Assembly: GCF_001194135.2 (NCBI RefSeq)
Contig: NC_068989.1
Span: forward strand, 80,062,091 to 80,115,089
DNA: 52,999 bases
Origin: Octopus bimaculoides
Lineage: Eukaryota
Direction of reading: 5' to 3'
Shown here: positions 12,232-24,382 of the stretch, in pieces
Position numbering within the stretch: position 1 is the stretch's first letter
How the letters are laid out: each line of letters opens with the position of its first letter
Position numbers and translations under genes: made by a program
Notes under the pieces: generated by a model
Told to the model about the DNA's origin: nothing
What the model saw: only the letters and a program-made list of their open reading frames with translations
Database searches by the model: none

Positions 12232-12820
12232 CTTTTGTGTATGTTATTCTTCTTTGTAGCATTATGGCCTTTCCCTCAGCACCATCTTCTCCCCCCATTG
12301 TGCTGCTGCTGTCCTAAGACCCGAAAATTTCTGTGTTTGTGTGTTCACCCACAGTGTTGCCATAGTGATTGTTATTGTTGTTGCCATCGTTGTCACCGCT
12401 GCTGCTGCTGTCGTTGTTATTCGTGTTGTTGATATTGTTGTGGCCGTCCCTGAAGTTTCTTGTGTGTGTGTGACAAGGAATGACAGCCAGTCTTTTCATT
12501 CTTTCTATTAGCATTTTCTCTTCCAAAATGAGTTTGAAAGAAATAAAAAAAACTTCTAGATTATTTTAAGAGAGTAATATACTGACAATTAAGTGTCTTC
12601 AAATATCCCCTGCACGTTTTATACATGAAGATTCACATAGGCATATAAACATGGCAGTCCTCCTCTGCATAATTACAACTAAATTCCATCGATACGATAT
12701 TAGGCAACACTATAACAAAAGTGAATTGCCTAATTTGCCATTCAGTGGGATCGAAACCCAAAGTTCAAAAACAGACTTCTTAAACAGACACCAATGCCAG
12801 CATCAAGATACGACTAATAA

Positions 12821-13400
12821 CACTGGTTTACAAAACGAGTTTTTTGCTCTGAAGCAAGAATGTGAATACGTGTTTTTTTTTTTTTAATAATTTAGATGTG
12901 GTGAATACAATTTTCTGAACAGTTTTGCTCTATCACCTCTAGTTTTTTTGTTGTTTGTTTTTTTGTGTGTATGTTTTTTTTTTTTGCTTTCTCATATCCT
13001 ATTTTAATAATAATGCATACAAATTCAAAATATAATGTGTTTATTTCATGTTACAAAGGCATATTACAGAAGAAGGAAAAAACAGCATAGATACAGAACG
13101 TTGATAAAATTAATTTACTTGGATAATACAATACACACAAATTATAGTACAGCAGACAAAAGTGAATTTTTTTTTTTTTGACGATCTTGTCTACATTGAC
13201 TCCGGGATATCACGCAAGAACATACAGCAAAAGGCCCCATCATGCTGGGGTTCTACTTGCCTTGGTAGTTGCTCTCCATCTTACTAATACTTTGGTGGAA
13301 TTTTTCTCCATGCTCATTACTCACTGCACCAAGCTTCGGGGGGAAGGAGTTGAGGTGGGCATTGGAGAAAGTGAATTTTCAGTGACATTCGGCAATTCTA
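12821..13400 (-). mobile_element. 3' end of a Chapaev3-like (CMC superfamily) DNA transposon with transposase C-terminal remnant
   Basis: Minus strand 13400-13200 gives CRMSLKIHFL/HLNSFPPKLGAVSNEHGEKFHQSISKMESNYQGK*NPSMMG/FCCMFLRDIPE (consensus-like MSLKIHFLHSHLDFFP.NLGAVSDEHGERFHQDI..ME..YQG.W.P.M). Terminus CACTGGTTTACAAAA at 12821 is preceded by TAA (TWA-type target). Confidence 0.75.
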
Positions 13401-13583
13401 ACAACTTCTCGATACACTCATGTATACGCGCGCGCGTGTTTGCGTATACAGATATGTGCGTGTGTGTGTGTGTGTTTACTTCTAAGGTTCGGTAGATTGA
13501 GGGCAACAGGAATACTATACATACGTAGTACATACATGCATACATACATACATGCATACATACATACATACATACAGATAGAT

Positions 13584-13644
<61 letters not shown>

Positions 13645-13952
13645 TTTATATACTACCATTCTTATTATCCTTTCTGAAGGAAGTCTATTGAACGAAATAG
13701 TAATTAATTTTTTATGCTATTTATTCATATATTTATTTAGTTATTGCAGAACGAATCAATGAATTTAGAAGTTACTTCTACTTCCTTAGATTGTCAACTC
13801 CTGATGAAATTGGGACTAAAGAAATCCTAATTGCTCATAAAAAAACATCATAAAATCACTTGTGCCTTGAGCACTTTTAGCCCGTCGGAGTCCATCCCAT
13901 CCCTGTTGCAATCACCGTCGAATTCTTACAGGAAAGAGAGGAAGAGAAGGAG

Positions 13953-14019
13953 GAAGAAGAAGAAGAAGAAGAAGAAGAAGAAGAAGAAGAAGAAGAAGAA
14001 GAAGAAGAAGAAGAAGAAG

Positions 14020-14049
<30 letters not shown>
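13953..14049. repeat. (AAG)n microsatellite
   Basis: Direct reading; explains the poly-K ORF. Confidence 0.95.
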
Positions 14050-14050
<1 letters not shown>

Positions 14051-14586
14051 TTCTGGTATTAGACTAGTACTTAAAGTATCGGAGACTCGTAAATCTAGTC
14101 CTTGATGCGGTTTGGTGGTTTGTGAGACTCGATGACTCTGAAAATTTGCCCAATGGTGCGCAAGCTTCTAGTAGTACACCCTATGCTGGATTGGTTAAAG
14201 GCTGAAGACCAGACTGATACGGACCGCCTCTTCCCAGAGTCTAAAATTGCTTTTCAGCGTTCCAATACACCTACCAAGGAAAAAATTAAAGTTACAGAAT
14301 CATTTGTAGCAATTCAAAACGGACCAGACTTAGGAGAGGAAAACTCAGAGTCGAATATAGTGGAGAAAAGTGCTTGATGGCCACTGCTGAATAGGTGCGT
14401 AGGTCTTAAGAAACGTAGGTCATATGTAAGGAGAGTTGATATACGCTGGATTTGACCTCAAAGTACAGAATATCGACACAATGCAGAAAAGAAATTCCAA
14501 CGAAATCTCTAACACTAATTTGTCGAGACACTAATTTGTCGCGAGATAATTAACACCACCTTATAATTAACATCCCATTCGTTGCA

Positions 14587-14790
14587 AAATTTGGCACTAG
14601 GCCAGCGATTTTGGGAGAATGTGTAAGTCGATTAGACCAACTCCAGTGCTCAACTGGTACTTATTTTATCAACCCCGAGACGATAAAAGAGAAAGTCGAT
14701 ATTGGTGTGAGTTGAGCCCAGAACGTAAATACGGACGAAAAGCCGCTAAGAATTTAGCCCGGTGTGCTAACGAATCTGCCAGCTGGTGGC
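14587..14790 (-). mobile_element. Family M SINE monomer
   Basis: Reverse complement of head, body and tail of the 6459 element. Confidence 0.8.
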
Positions 14791-15447
14791 CATACAATCA
14801 ACATGCTATTACCACTAAAATCACAATAAATTCCATTTTCATTTATTTCCGTTTCTAAAGATATTAATTCCATTTTCTATCAATGGCACATATCAGTACT
14901 ACAGACACAGCTCACTAAAAATCACTATTTTGAAGGAAGAATATGTTGTTTACATAAGGTTTGGAAACATTGTAATTCCATATTAGTAAATAAGTTTTTT
15001 ATATTTTTTTTCTACAATAAATATTCTCAGAATGCTGATTAATTTGTAAATAATATATTGGCTAATTAACTGAGAAGTCAAGTATAATTGATATTTATAA
15101 TTAGAATTCGTCTTAAATACAAATCTATCGTAGTCTATCATAAGTTAAATAATTTTGTATCATTGTTTGTTTTAATAAAATTTAATTCGTTGTTTCGGCA
15201 GGTGTCGTTAGAATTAACTGTTTTATTACTTTTTGAAGGAGATATTTTAGTTTGTATCCTGAGGCTATTCTCAACGGAAGAAATATATATATATAAAATA
15301 TTTTCTGCTGTTATCAATCATGAATTGTTTTTATTTGCACTGGGAAATGTAGCGAGTTTTGTAATGTTTTCGCGGAAGATTAAAGCCATCCGAATTCGAG
15401 ACCCGGTTTGCACACTTTGTAGCATTTTTCCGTAGTAATCCTTTCTA

Positions 15448-15651
15448 TTGGAAGCACAAGGTCTCAAATTTGGGGGAAGGGATTAAGTCGATTACATCGA
15501 CCCCAGTGCGTAACTGGTACTTATTTAATCGACCCCGGAAGGATGAAAAGCAAAGTCGACTCCGGTGGAATTTGAACTCACAGCATTACGACTGACGAAA
15601 TACCGCTACGCATTTCGCCCGGCGTCCTAACAATTCTGCCAAGTCGCTGCC
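15448..15651 (-). mobile_element. Family M SINE monomer
   Basis: gtcgattacatcgaccccagtgcgtaactggtacttatttaatcgacccc..ggatgaaag..ggaatttgaactc..catttcgcccggcg matches the family M reverse complement. Confidence 0.9.
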
Positions 15652-15765
15652 TTTCCTTTATTCAACTAATACAAAAAAGAAGCACAGTATCTAAGTGATC
15701 GCTAAAACTAGCAGCCAAATCCCTCTTTAGTCATATATGGCTATCGTAAAATAAGAAAGAATATT

Positions 15766-16136
15766 CATTATTTACATTAATTACGTTTGATGGATATTTG
15801 TCCTCATCTTGTTTGTTGTTAACACAACGTTTCTGCTGATATACCCTCCAGCTTTCATCAGGTGTCTTGGGGAAATTTCGAAGCTGGGTTCTCATTCCTA
15901 AGGTATTTTTCGATGCTGTTATTATTATTCAGGTCACTGCTTGGAAGCGAACTCGGAATTTTGTGGTTAGTAGCCCGCGCTCTTAACCACTACGCCACAT
16001 ACCCGTGGATATATGGCGTATGAAGGTTGGAGGGTATATCAGCCGAAACGTTGTGTTAACAACAAACAAGATGAGGACAAATATCCGTCAAATGTAAATA
16101 ATGTACATAATTCCTCATCTCTTAAATACAAAATTG
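15766..16136 (-). mobile_element. Inverted-repeat tRNA-derived SINE (family P) with Penelope-like tail
   Basis: Minus-strand tRNA-like head at about 15930-16000 (TGGCGTAGTGGTTAAGAGCGCGGG..GAGTTCG). About 90-bp inverted arms at 15766-15857 and 16021-16110. 13-bp TSD AAGAAAGAATATT at 15753-15765 and 16137-16149. Confidence 0.8.
15821..15866 (-). ncRNA. Minimal type-I hammerhead-ribozyme-like motif (activity unproven)
   Basis: Minus strand: GACAC-CTGATGA-A-AGCTG(gagggtatat)CAGCA-GAAA-CG-TT-GTGTT. Stem I GACAC/GTGTT, stem II GCTG/CAGC, loopless palindromic stem III AACGTT. Confidence 0.5.
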
Positions 16137-17040
16137 AAGAAAGAATATTTCTACCAAAAAAACACGCGAATCTCTAGATTTTCGGGGAAATGTTTACATT
16201 TCAGGTGGTTACTACTAGCCTTTTGAGTCCCACAAGATGGCGGCACAGGCAGAAGTCGGTAATCGATAGCCAAGAGAGATAATCCTCATTGTTATCTTTG
16301 AGTAGTGCCGCATTTTTTCCTCCATATTTTTAAGAGCAGGTCTACAAGTTTTTATGATCTGACGATACGCTATAAAGCTAAACCCTTTATGGACGGGACG
16401 CCTAAGGTAATCCCATAAACTGGCCTTCCCTATTATATATATATATATATATTGGTTGGTTGGTTGGTTGGTTGGCTGAGTGCCTGTGAATGTTTCCTTG
16501 CTCCCAATAAATTTGCTTCTACTGTAAACACAGAGTTGTTATATTTGAACATGCTTTAAAGTAATAACATTATTTTAACATATATGCGTATGCATGTATG
16601 TGTACATAAGCACATACATATACAGATGTGTCCATGTATGCATATGTATGCGCATGTGTCCATGTATGTATATATATATGCCTATGCTGATGTCTAATAC
16701 CTTTAAGTAAATATATGAGTGTGTTCGTGTTAGTATATTTTTGGATGTGTGGCTGTGCATTTATGCAGTTCAAAGGATTCAGGAATGTAAATCTTTTTCA
16801 TGAAGCTTTTTTTTTTCTGATCTTAACTTTTGGAGATGATTTTGTAATCTTTACTGAACCAATTATCTCAAACATTTATCGTTACTAAATGGCTACAACA
16901 ATTCTTGATTAAGATATAGTGTTACGTTAAATGCAGTTGTTGCTGCGATTGTGTATTTATGGAATCGATCATGAGATGCAGATGTTACATCTCCTAGTAG
17001 AAAAAAAAACATGTATATTACCACTTGCGGTTTGTAAATA

Positions 17041-17195
17041 GGCGCAGACGTGGCTATGTGGTAAGGAATTCTTAGCCGCATGTTTACGGGTTCAGCCTCA
17101 CGGCGTGGCATCTTACGCAAGTATCTTCTGCTACATAGCCTGAGCCGACCAAAACATTATGAGCAATTTCGGTCCATGAAGATCTCAAAAGAAGT
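17041..17195 (+). mobile_element. Family B SINE 5' half, diverged
   Basis: ggcgcagacgtggctatgtggtaagg..gggttcag..cgtggcatctt.gcaagtatcttct..gccgaccaaa. Confidence 0.7.
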
Positions 17196-17269
17196 GCGTT
17201 CTGTGTGTATATGTATATATATATAACGCAGGCAATAAATTTGCTTTTTATCATTACTCCCAATGAGGA

Positions 17270-17426
17270 TATTTATGCTTCCCAATCACTTGGTTCACGG
17301 ACCAGTACCACTGCGTGAGAACTTGGGCAAATGTCTTCTACAATAGCCTCAGGCCGACCAAAGCCTTGTGAATGGATTTGGTAGACGGAAACTGAAAGAA
17401 GCCTGTCGTATATATANNNNNNNNNN

Positions 17427-17491
<65 letters not shown>

Positions 17492-17940
17492 TTATGTATT
17501 TATGTATTTGTGTATGTGTGTTTGTACCCCCAGCCATCGCTTGATAACCGATGTTGGTGTATTTATGTCCCGTAACTTAGCGGTTCAGTAAAAAAAATAA
17601 ACGATTGAATAAGTACTAGGCTTACAAAGGATAAGTCCTGGGTTGATTTGTTCGACTAAAAGCGGTGCTCCAGCATGGCTGAAACAAGTAAAAGAATAAA
17701 AGAATAAGAGAATATATATACATATTTGTGTGTGCGTGCGTGTGTATATGTGTGCGTGTGTGTGTGCGTGTGTCCATGAGTATGTGTTTGTGTTTCGCCC
17801 TCGTCACCGTTTGACAGCTAGTGTTGGTTTGTTCACATCCCTGTAACATAGCGGTTCGTCAAGAATGACCGCAAAAATAAGTATCAGGCTTTTTTATAAA
17901 ACAAATACAAATACTGGTATCGATTTGTTCGAGTAGACCC
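17270..17940 (+). mobile_element. Family B SINE (17270-17705, internal TA/TG tract with 10-N gap) followed by a second, diverged 3' half (17785-17940)
   Basis: ttgggcaaatgtcttcta..ttggtagacggaaactgaaagaagcctgtcg / ccatcgcttgataaccgatg..aataagtactaggcttacaaag..gcggtgctccagcatgg. Confidence 0.85.
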
Positions 17941-18456
17941 CTCCCCCTCAATGATTAAAACAAGTAACACACAGAAGAATTAGACATAACAGACACAAAA
18001 TAAAAACATAAAAAGAAAGAGAAAAAACAAATTTACAATAAAGAGAATCTCTTAGAGATTAACGTTTTAATCATTTCGTAATACAATGCTTTCAAATATT
18101 TTCCCTTAAGACATGAAAACAATTTCATTTCATGACAAGTTTTGTCCTGAAGCGCCAGTAGATTATGGGCAGGGCAACAATTCGCGTCTCAAAGAGCTTC
18201 TGTTCCACGTAGAAAATAATTCTTCCAGGCTAATGACCTCACAATACATTGCGACGTGCATTAGTTTATCTTATAAGATGTTGTGTTGCAATCAGGGCAT
18301 GCTGCATTCTTTTTCATGTCCTATATATTCCTGTCAGTAGGTTGTTATAATTCAGTCCCAGGTTAGGCCTGGTAGAGAAAGCCTATGATCAATGGCGTTT
18401 ATTCTTATCAAACAAAATACAAGCAGGCACAATGCGCACACTGAGAGTTTTTATCA

Positions 18457-18457
<1 letters not shown>

Positions 18458-18540
<83 letters not shown>

Positions 18541-18552
18541 GATGATGATGAT
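18458..18552. repeat. (AAT)n microsatellite abutting the 5' end of a Dong-like element
   Basis: Direct reading. Confidence 0.95.
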
Positions 18553-18557
18553 AATAG

Positions 18558-19045
18558 GGCTGCTCAGTCCTTGCCAAATCTGAATATATATACAGACACG
18601 ACCGAGTAAGTAGTTATATCCACTAAACAATATGCCAACACTACAACATTAAAACTGATAGTAAATGGTATAAACATCTGCCAAACAAGGTATGAGACGA
18701 CGGCCAGGCCACGATCATCTGGGATATGCCGGTTCAAACAGACATAATAATCGAGGATTGGGGAAAAAAACACATGCTTACTGATAGATATTGCAGACCC
18801 ATCTGATCAAAATATCGTCCAAAAAGAGGTGGAGAAATTGTCAAAATACAATGACCTCGAAATTGAAGTATTCAAGGTGTGAGGCATGAAGGCGAAAACA
18901 ATACCAGTAATAATTGGAGCATTGGGCCTCATAAAAAAAAGCATGTGAACAAAAATGTAGAAGTTATACCTGGATCCTCAACACTACACACGACCCAAAA
19001 ATAGTCCTGCTAGGAACAGCCCACATCCTGTGCAAGCCACTATAA
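18558..19045 (+). pseudogene. 5'-truncated R4/Dong-like non-LTR retrotransposon, zinc-knuckle end plus RLE domain (family A)
   Basis: GCSVLAKSEYIYRHDRVSSYIH*TICQHYNIKTDSKWYKHLPNKV*DDGQATIIWDMPVQTD/KTCLLIDIADPSDQNIVQKEVEKLSKYNDLEIEVFKV*GMKAKTIPVIIGALGLIKK/VLLGTAHILCKPL*. Stops, frameshifts and loss of the RPD segment. Confidence 0.9.
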
Positions 19046-19394
19046 TTCAATAATACAACCTAAACAAAACAACCCACAAACACAAGATACACTCTACACA
19101 GCAATTATCCAGTGAAATAAACTTCCACCAGCAACCTAGTTAACCAACACATTACACACTCAACGCACAATAGAATCAGTGATACAACAAAAGACTGCAC
19201 TATATCCCAAGAGAAAATAACCGACACAATACAATACGGAGAAGGGTTAGCACACTCCCGACAACAAAAAAGACCATACAATGCTGCACACACCTCAGCA
19301 ACACGGATATATAGCAGGTACTGCAGAGGAAATTTGCCTGAAATTAACAAATGTTCAATATTTATAATAAGAGTTTTAAGATATATACAATCCT

Positions 19395-19717
19395 CTTAAG
19401 TACGAAATAGCCCGGCTATAGAAAATGAAGGTGAAGATAGTGCTAATTACTGTTGGTCCCTTGGGGACAGTATCAGGAGGCAACAAGAAGAATATCAAGG
19501 AAATCGGAATAGAGTGTCCAGTAGAACTGATACAAAAGGTTTGTTCCCTTGGCACAGCCAGAATATTCAGGAAAGTATTAGATAGTTGAAAAGAGCAAAT
19601 AGCATGGCCCCGTAGGCTGCAAGCAGCAAGCCCACTACGCATGTAAGACACCACGAGCTACAACAAAACTTGATCTAAAAAGAATAAACAATAATAATAA
19701 TAATAATAATAATAATA
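19395..19717 (+). pseudogene. 3' end of a second R4/Dong-like element (family B) with 3' UTR and (AAT)n tail
   Basis: LKYEIARL*KMKVKIVLITVGPLGTVSGGNKKNIKEIGIECPVELIQKVCSLGTARIFRKVLDS* (stop 19587-19589). UTR homologous to 52654-52720. Tail at 19690-19717. Confidence 0.85.
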
Positions 19718-20520
19718 GTACCAACAATAGCATAAACTAGGAGGACCCGTGAAAAAATTAACAGATAATTTAAATATCGTCCAATGAATAATTATCGTTC
19801 AATCAAAATTGTTTAATTTGCAATATTTTGGTTAATGAAAAATTTTATTATCCTTTATGTTATATTTGTTAATGATATAAATATATATTAAGTTATTGTG
19901 TGAAGTATATGTTAAATATATCCGTTACATCAAGAAAAAATAGCAGAAGAAATAGAAGAAGAACAACAACAACAACTACAATAGCAACAACAACAAATTG
20001 TGTTTATGATCACGCACCTTTTTTACAACTACATGGATGTAGGGCCACAAACTTTGTGAAATTACTGCATTTTTCACTCGGTAATGTCATAGTTAAAACT
20101 GTTCTGAAGAAATTTTAGCGAAGATCTGTTGGGTATCATGAAGTGGCAGGGGCAATACAAGGACATAAATATGCACACATACATACGTGTGCACACATCA
20201 CCTTCCCGAGCATTAAACTAATACAACTGCTTGTTGTTTACACACCTGTCTCCGTCCTTTGTTTTTGGTAAATTCCAACTATATATATCGTTTTTGTATT
20301 TGATTTGCAAGATTATTTCGTGTGTTGAAGCTTATTTTCTTGTGTCTGGGGAGAGTCCTTCTCTTCTAATAATTCATTAATTGATGCACTCACCGATTCG
20401 CTTTCCACGTTTTAATCAATTTAAAAATTCGTTCGAAACAGCTGTAAGGAATTGACTCATTTGTCATGTATCTATACATATAATATATCTATACATATAA
20501 TATATATATACACATATATA

Positions 20521-20556
<36 letters not shown>

Positions 20557-21470
20557 TGTATGCATAAATACAAGAGTAACAGCAGTCAAAATAGAATATA
20601 TTATTAATATTATGGTATTGGGTACGCTTTCTCTGATAGTTACAACTAAATGATTATATATATATACACAATGTACATGCGCATATAAATATATATNNNN
20701 NNNNNNNNNNNNNNNNNNNNNNNNNNNNNNNNNNNTATATATATATAACATATCCTCTTATACATAGGCACAGCTTGATATATGTGTGCAATGATTTATA
20801 GAGCGGGAGAGAGAGAGACAGACGAAATGATTAGGGGAAAGATAGATAAAATATTGTCAGATATTAAACAAGAAATATATTGTCGAACGAGACCTTCAAT
20901 TGCTAAGGAAGTCACCAGGGGTCAATTGCAACATGGTGGCGGAAAATGAAAAATATTATTCATATCGCGTAATTAGTTCTACTTCGCTTCTTAATGCCCT
21001 TCTCTATTAAATATGTTATCACTGACTTAACTACACTTTGTCATGTGGAGGGGTCTTTCATTTGTATATTCTCTGTATAAGAAATACGATGCTCTCTCTA
21101 TCATATTACCATGTTATATATTTTCCCCACAGGCCTTCGTATATATGTGTTTATTTTTTCGTGTATGTGTTTCCGTAAGTGTGCACATACTTCAATGTGT
21201 TGCATATAACTGTCTATATGATTGTATGTAAGGCTGTGTTTTCTTCAGTGTGTGTTTGTGGTCTCTCGTATGTATGTGTGAATGCATACGCATGTGCGTA
21301 CATGTATTATTGTTAATGTCCGCATCTAAGGTTGTTACCCTAGGTGTTCATATATGTGTACGCCTGATTGTCTCCATGTTCTGATTGTGTATGATTGTTT
21401 CCATGTTCTGTGAATACGCGCGTGTGATCCCGTTCTGTGTATGTGTATATGTAAATGGTTTCTACAACGA

Positions 21471-21685
21471 AGGCGGAGAGATGATAAAACTGTTCGCACA
21501 CCGAACAAAAAAGCTTAACGTCATTCCGTCTATCTTAACATTCTGAGCTCAAATTCCACCGAGGTCGTATTTGTCTTTCGCCCTTTTGAGGTCGATGAAC
21601 TAAAAGCCAGTTGAGCTCTGGGGTAGCTGTAATCGAACTAGACCTATCTCACCAGATTTCAAGCCTTGTGTCTTACAGTAGAAAT
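21471..21685 (+). mobile_element. Family M SINE monomer, diverged
   Basis: ctgagctcaaattccaccgaggtcg..ttttgaggtcgatgaa..ccagttgagctctgggg..gccttgtgtc. Confidence 0.7.
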
Positions 21686-22508
21686 TATATTTCTATAATG
21701 TGGTTGTGTATCCGAGAGTAAACGTATGTATTTCTCTATGTATGTGTACGCATGTTTGCATGTTTGTGAGTACGTGTCGTACTTTGCTCTGCGTCTGAGT
21801 GTTTGCGTGTGTGTGTGCGTCTGTGTGTGTGTGCGTCTGTGTGTGTGTGTGTGTGTGCATCTGTGTGTGTGCGCCTGTGTGTGTGTGCGTCTGTGTGTTT
21901 GTGTGTGAATATTAAGATATATGAGTTTGTAAATATTCTTGAGAGCATGTGTACACATAAATGTTCGTGTAAGTTCGTGTGTCAACGGGTACGAGTGAAT
22001 GTGTGTCTGTGTTTAATTCAATGCCCATTTTATGTATGCATGTATATGTTTTAGTATCTGCATAGTAAGTGCATAGTGTATGTGTGTGTATGTGTGTGTG
22101 TGCGTGCGTGCGTTTAGGCGTTCGATTGTATTTCCTCGAATATACTTATGCACGTATGAACGCTTCTATGAGTGTAAGCGTGCGTGTACTTGTACGTATG
22201 CGTGTGTGTGTGTGAGTTGATGCATAAATTTCTGTGTGTGTGTGTGAGTTGATGCATAAATTTCTGTGTGTGTGTGTGAGTCAATCTGTCTACGTATATT
22301 TCATTACATATGCGTGTGCTTGCATTTATGCTTTAGTGTGCGTACGTGCACATGCATGTGTGCTTGAGTGCGAGCGTTCGCGTGTCGCTGTCTGTACTTT
22401 CGTGTGCCCATTTTTTTCTCCCCTATGTGCGCATATCTCATGGTAAATAAATGTATGTGCGCCTGCGCGTGTGTCTGGGTATGTGCGTCTGTGCTTATAT
22501 ATGTATGC

Positions 22509-22895
22509 GTGGAAGCGCAATGGCCCAGTGGTTAGGGCAGCGAACTCGCGGTTATAGGATCGCGGTTTCGATTCCCAGACCGGGCGTTGTGAGTGTTTAT
22601 TAACCGAAAACACCTAAAGTTCCACGAGACTTCGGCAGGGTGTGGTGGCGAACCCTGCTGTACTCTTTCACCACAACTTTCTCTCACACTTTCTTCCTAT
22701 TTCTATTGTCCCTGTATTTCAAAGGGGCCAGCCTTGTCACACTCTGTGTCACGCTGAATATCCCCGAGAACTACGTTAAGGGTACACGTGTCTGTGGAGT
22801 GCTCAGCCACTTGCACGTTGATTTCACGAGCAGGCTGTTCCGTTGATCAGATCAACTGGAACCCTCGTCGTCGTAACCGACGGAGTGCCACGACG
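22509..22895 (+). mobile_element. tRNA-derived SINE, family C, full length
   Basis: Highly similar to 30486-30863. 12-bp TSD ATATATGTATGC at 22497-22508 and 22896-22907. Confidence 0.92.
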
Positions 22896-23099
22896 ATATA
22901 TGTATGCACATGTGTGTGTGTTGCTCCATAAAAAAACTTTCAAGAATNNNNNNNNNNNNNNNNNNNNNNNNNNAATGAAATGTAAATGAAATCAGCATGT
23001 TCAGATTTCATTAGTAAAGGCACATTGACTAGCAGCTAAATTTAGCAGCGTTCTTTGCAGCCAAGTGGGGGGGGGGCATTGTGGGATTTTGGTGTTGTT

Positions 23100-23235
23100 C
23101 TTCTTGTTCTTGATATTACAGTTGTTGTTGTATTTGTTGTTGTTGTTGTTGCTGTTGCTGTTATTATTATTATTGTTGTAGTAGTAGTAGTAGTAGTAGT
23201 AGTAGTAATAGTAGTAGTAGTAGTAGTAGTAGTAA

Positions 23236-23297
<62 letters not shown>

Positions 23298-23328
23298 NNN
23301 NNNNNNNTAGTAGTAGTAGTAGTAGTAA

Positions 23329-23366
<38 letters not shown>

Positions 23367-23367
23367 A

Positions 23368-23409
<42 letters not shown>

Positions 23410-23416
23410 CAGCAGC

Positions 23417-23451
<35 letters not shown>

Positions 23452-23984
23452 CAGCAGTAGTAGTAGTTGTTCTTGTTGATTCTGCTCCTGTTGTTGTCGT
23501 TTTTGTTGTTGTTGTTGCTGCTGCTGCTGTTGTTGTCGTTTTTGTTGCTGCTGCTGTTGTTGCTGCTGTTGTTTTTGTTGTTGTTGTTACTGCTGCTGCC
23601 GTCAGTGTTATTCGAGGTGTCAGTGTTTGATGGCGCTGATGTTGTTTCCTGATGCAAGTTTCTTCGATGAGTTGCGGGCTGTTGGTATGGGAGGTGGTGA
23701 GAGATGGCTGTGGTAACGGCACTAGAGGTGGTGGTGCTGTGCTGGTATTGCTGTTGTCGTTGTCGGTGGTGGTGGCGGGGGTGGAGGTGCTGCTGCTGCG
23801 GTTGTTCCTGCAAGTGGTGTTTTTCGAGGTATTAGTAGTGGCCACAAGGTTGGAGATGGTGATTGTGTCGTTACTTATACAGTTAGTGTTATTCGTGTTA
23901 TTGTTGTTGTTGTTGTTAGTGGTGGGGGGTAGGTGTTGACAGTGGTGGTGGCGGTGGTGGTAATGGTGGTGGTGGCAGTTATGC

Positions 23985-24015
<31 letters not shown>

Positions 24016-24020
24016 GGTGG
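23100..24020. repeat. Compound trinucleotide array (GTT/GTA/GCT/GGT)
   Basis: Direct reading; source of the poly-V/T/Y ORFs. Confidence 0.9.
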
Positions 24021-24351
24021 TGACTTCTGACAGCGACGAAAGTGATAGAAGTGATAGTTAAAGAAAAGGCATTGTTTTAATGAAAATGGCGGGAGGCAAC
24101 TTGCTGGTGGTAGTGGTGTGAGCCGTGTCAGATGCCGTTGTTGGCAATGGTTTCGGGTAGGACGGAGCCCTGAGTAACTATTCTTGTCGTTCTTGATCTT
24201 GTCTAACTCAGCCATGATAGAAAGCATTGCATCTACGGCCGTCTTGTCTTTTTTCTATGTAAATCAGGGATCCCACGAATGAGTCCAACGAATTCACACT
24301 AGCATTATTTTTCCTTTTCCTTTTTTTTAAGTCCGGTACTTACTGGGCCAA

Positions 24352-24352
<1 letters not shown>

Positions 24353-24382
<30 letters not shown>

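Noticed and set aside
14132-14377. 81-aa unique-looking ORF after (AAG)n
   Set aside because: No domain or splice support; could be an unrecognised repeat.
22509-22590. tRNA-like sequences (also about 1000-1081, 11415, 15930-16000, 30486, 33330)
   Set aside because: They are SINE heads that continue into repeat bodies with TSDs and lack a complete cloverleaf, so they are not tRNA genes.
23979-24256. Minus frame KKDKTAVDAMLSIMAELDKIKNDKN
   Set aside because: Protein-like for about 25 residues but has no good donor, runs into triplet repeats, and matches no family I recognise.
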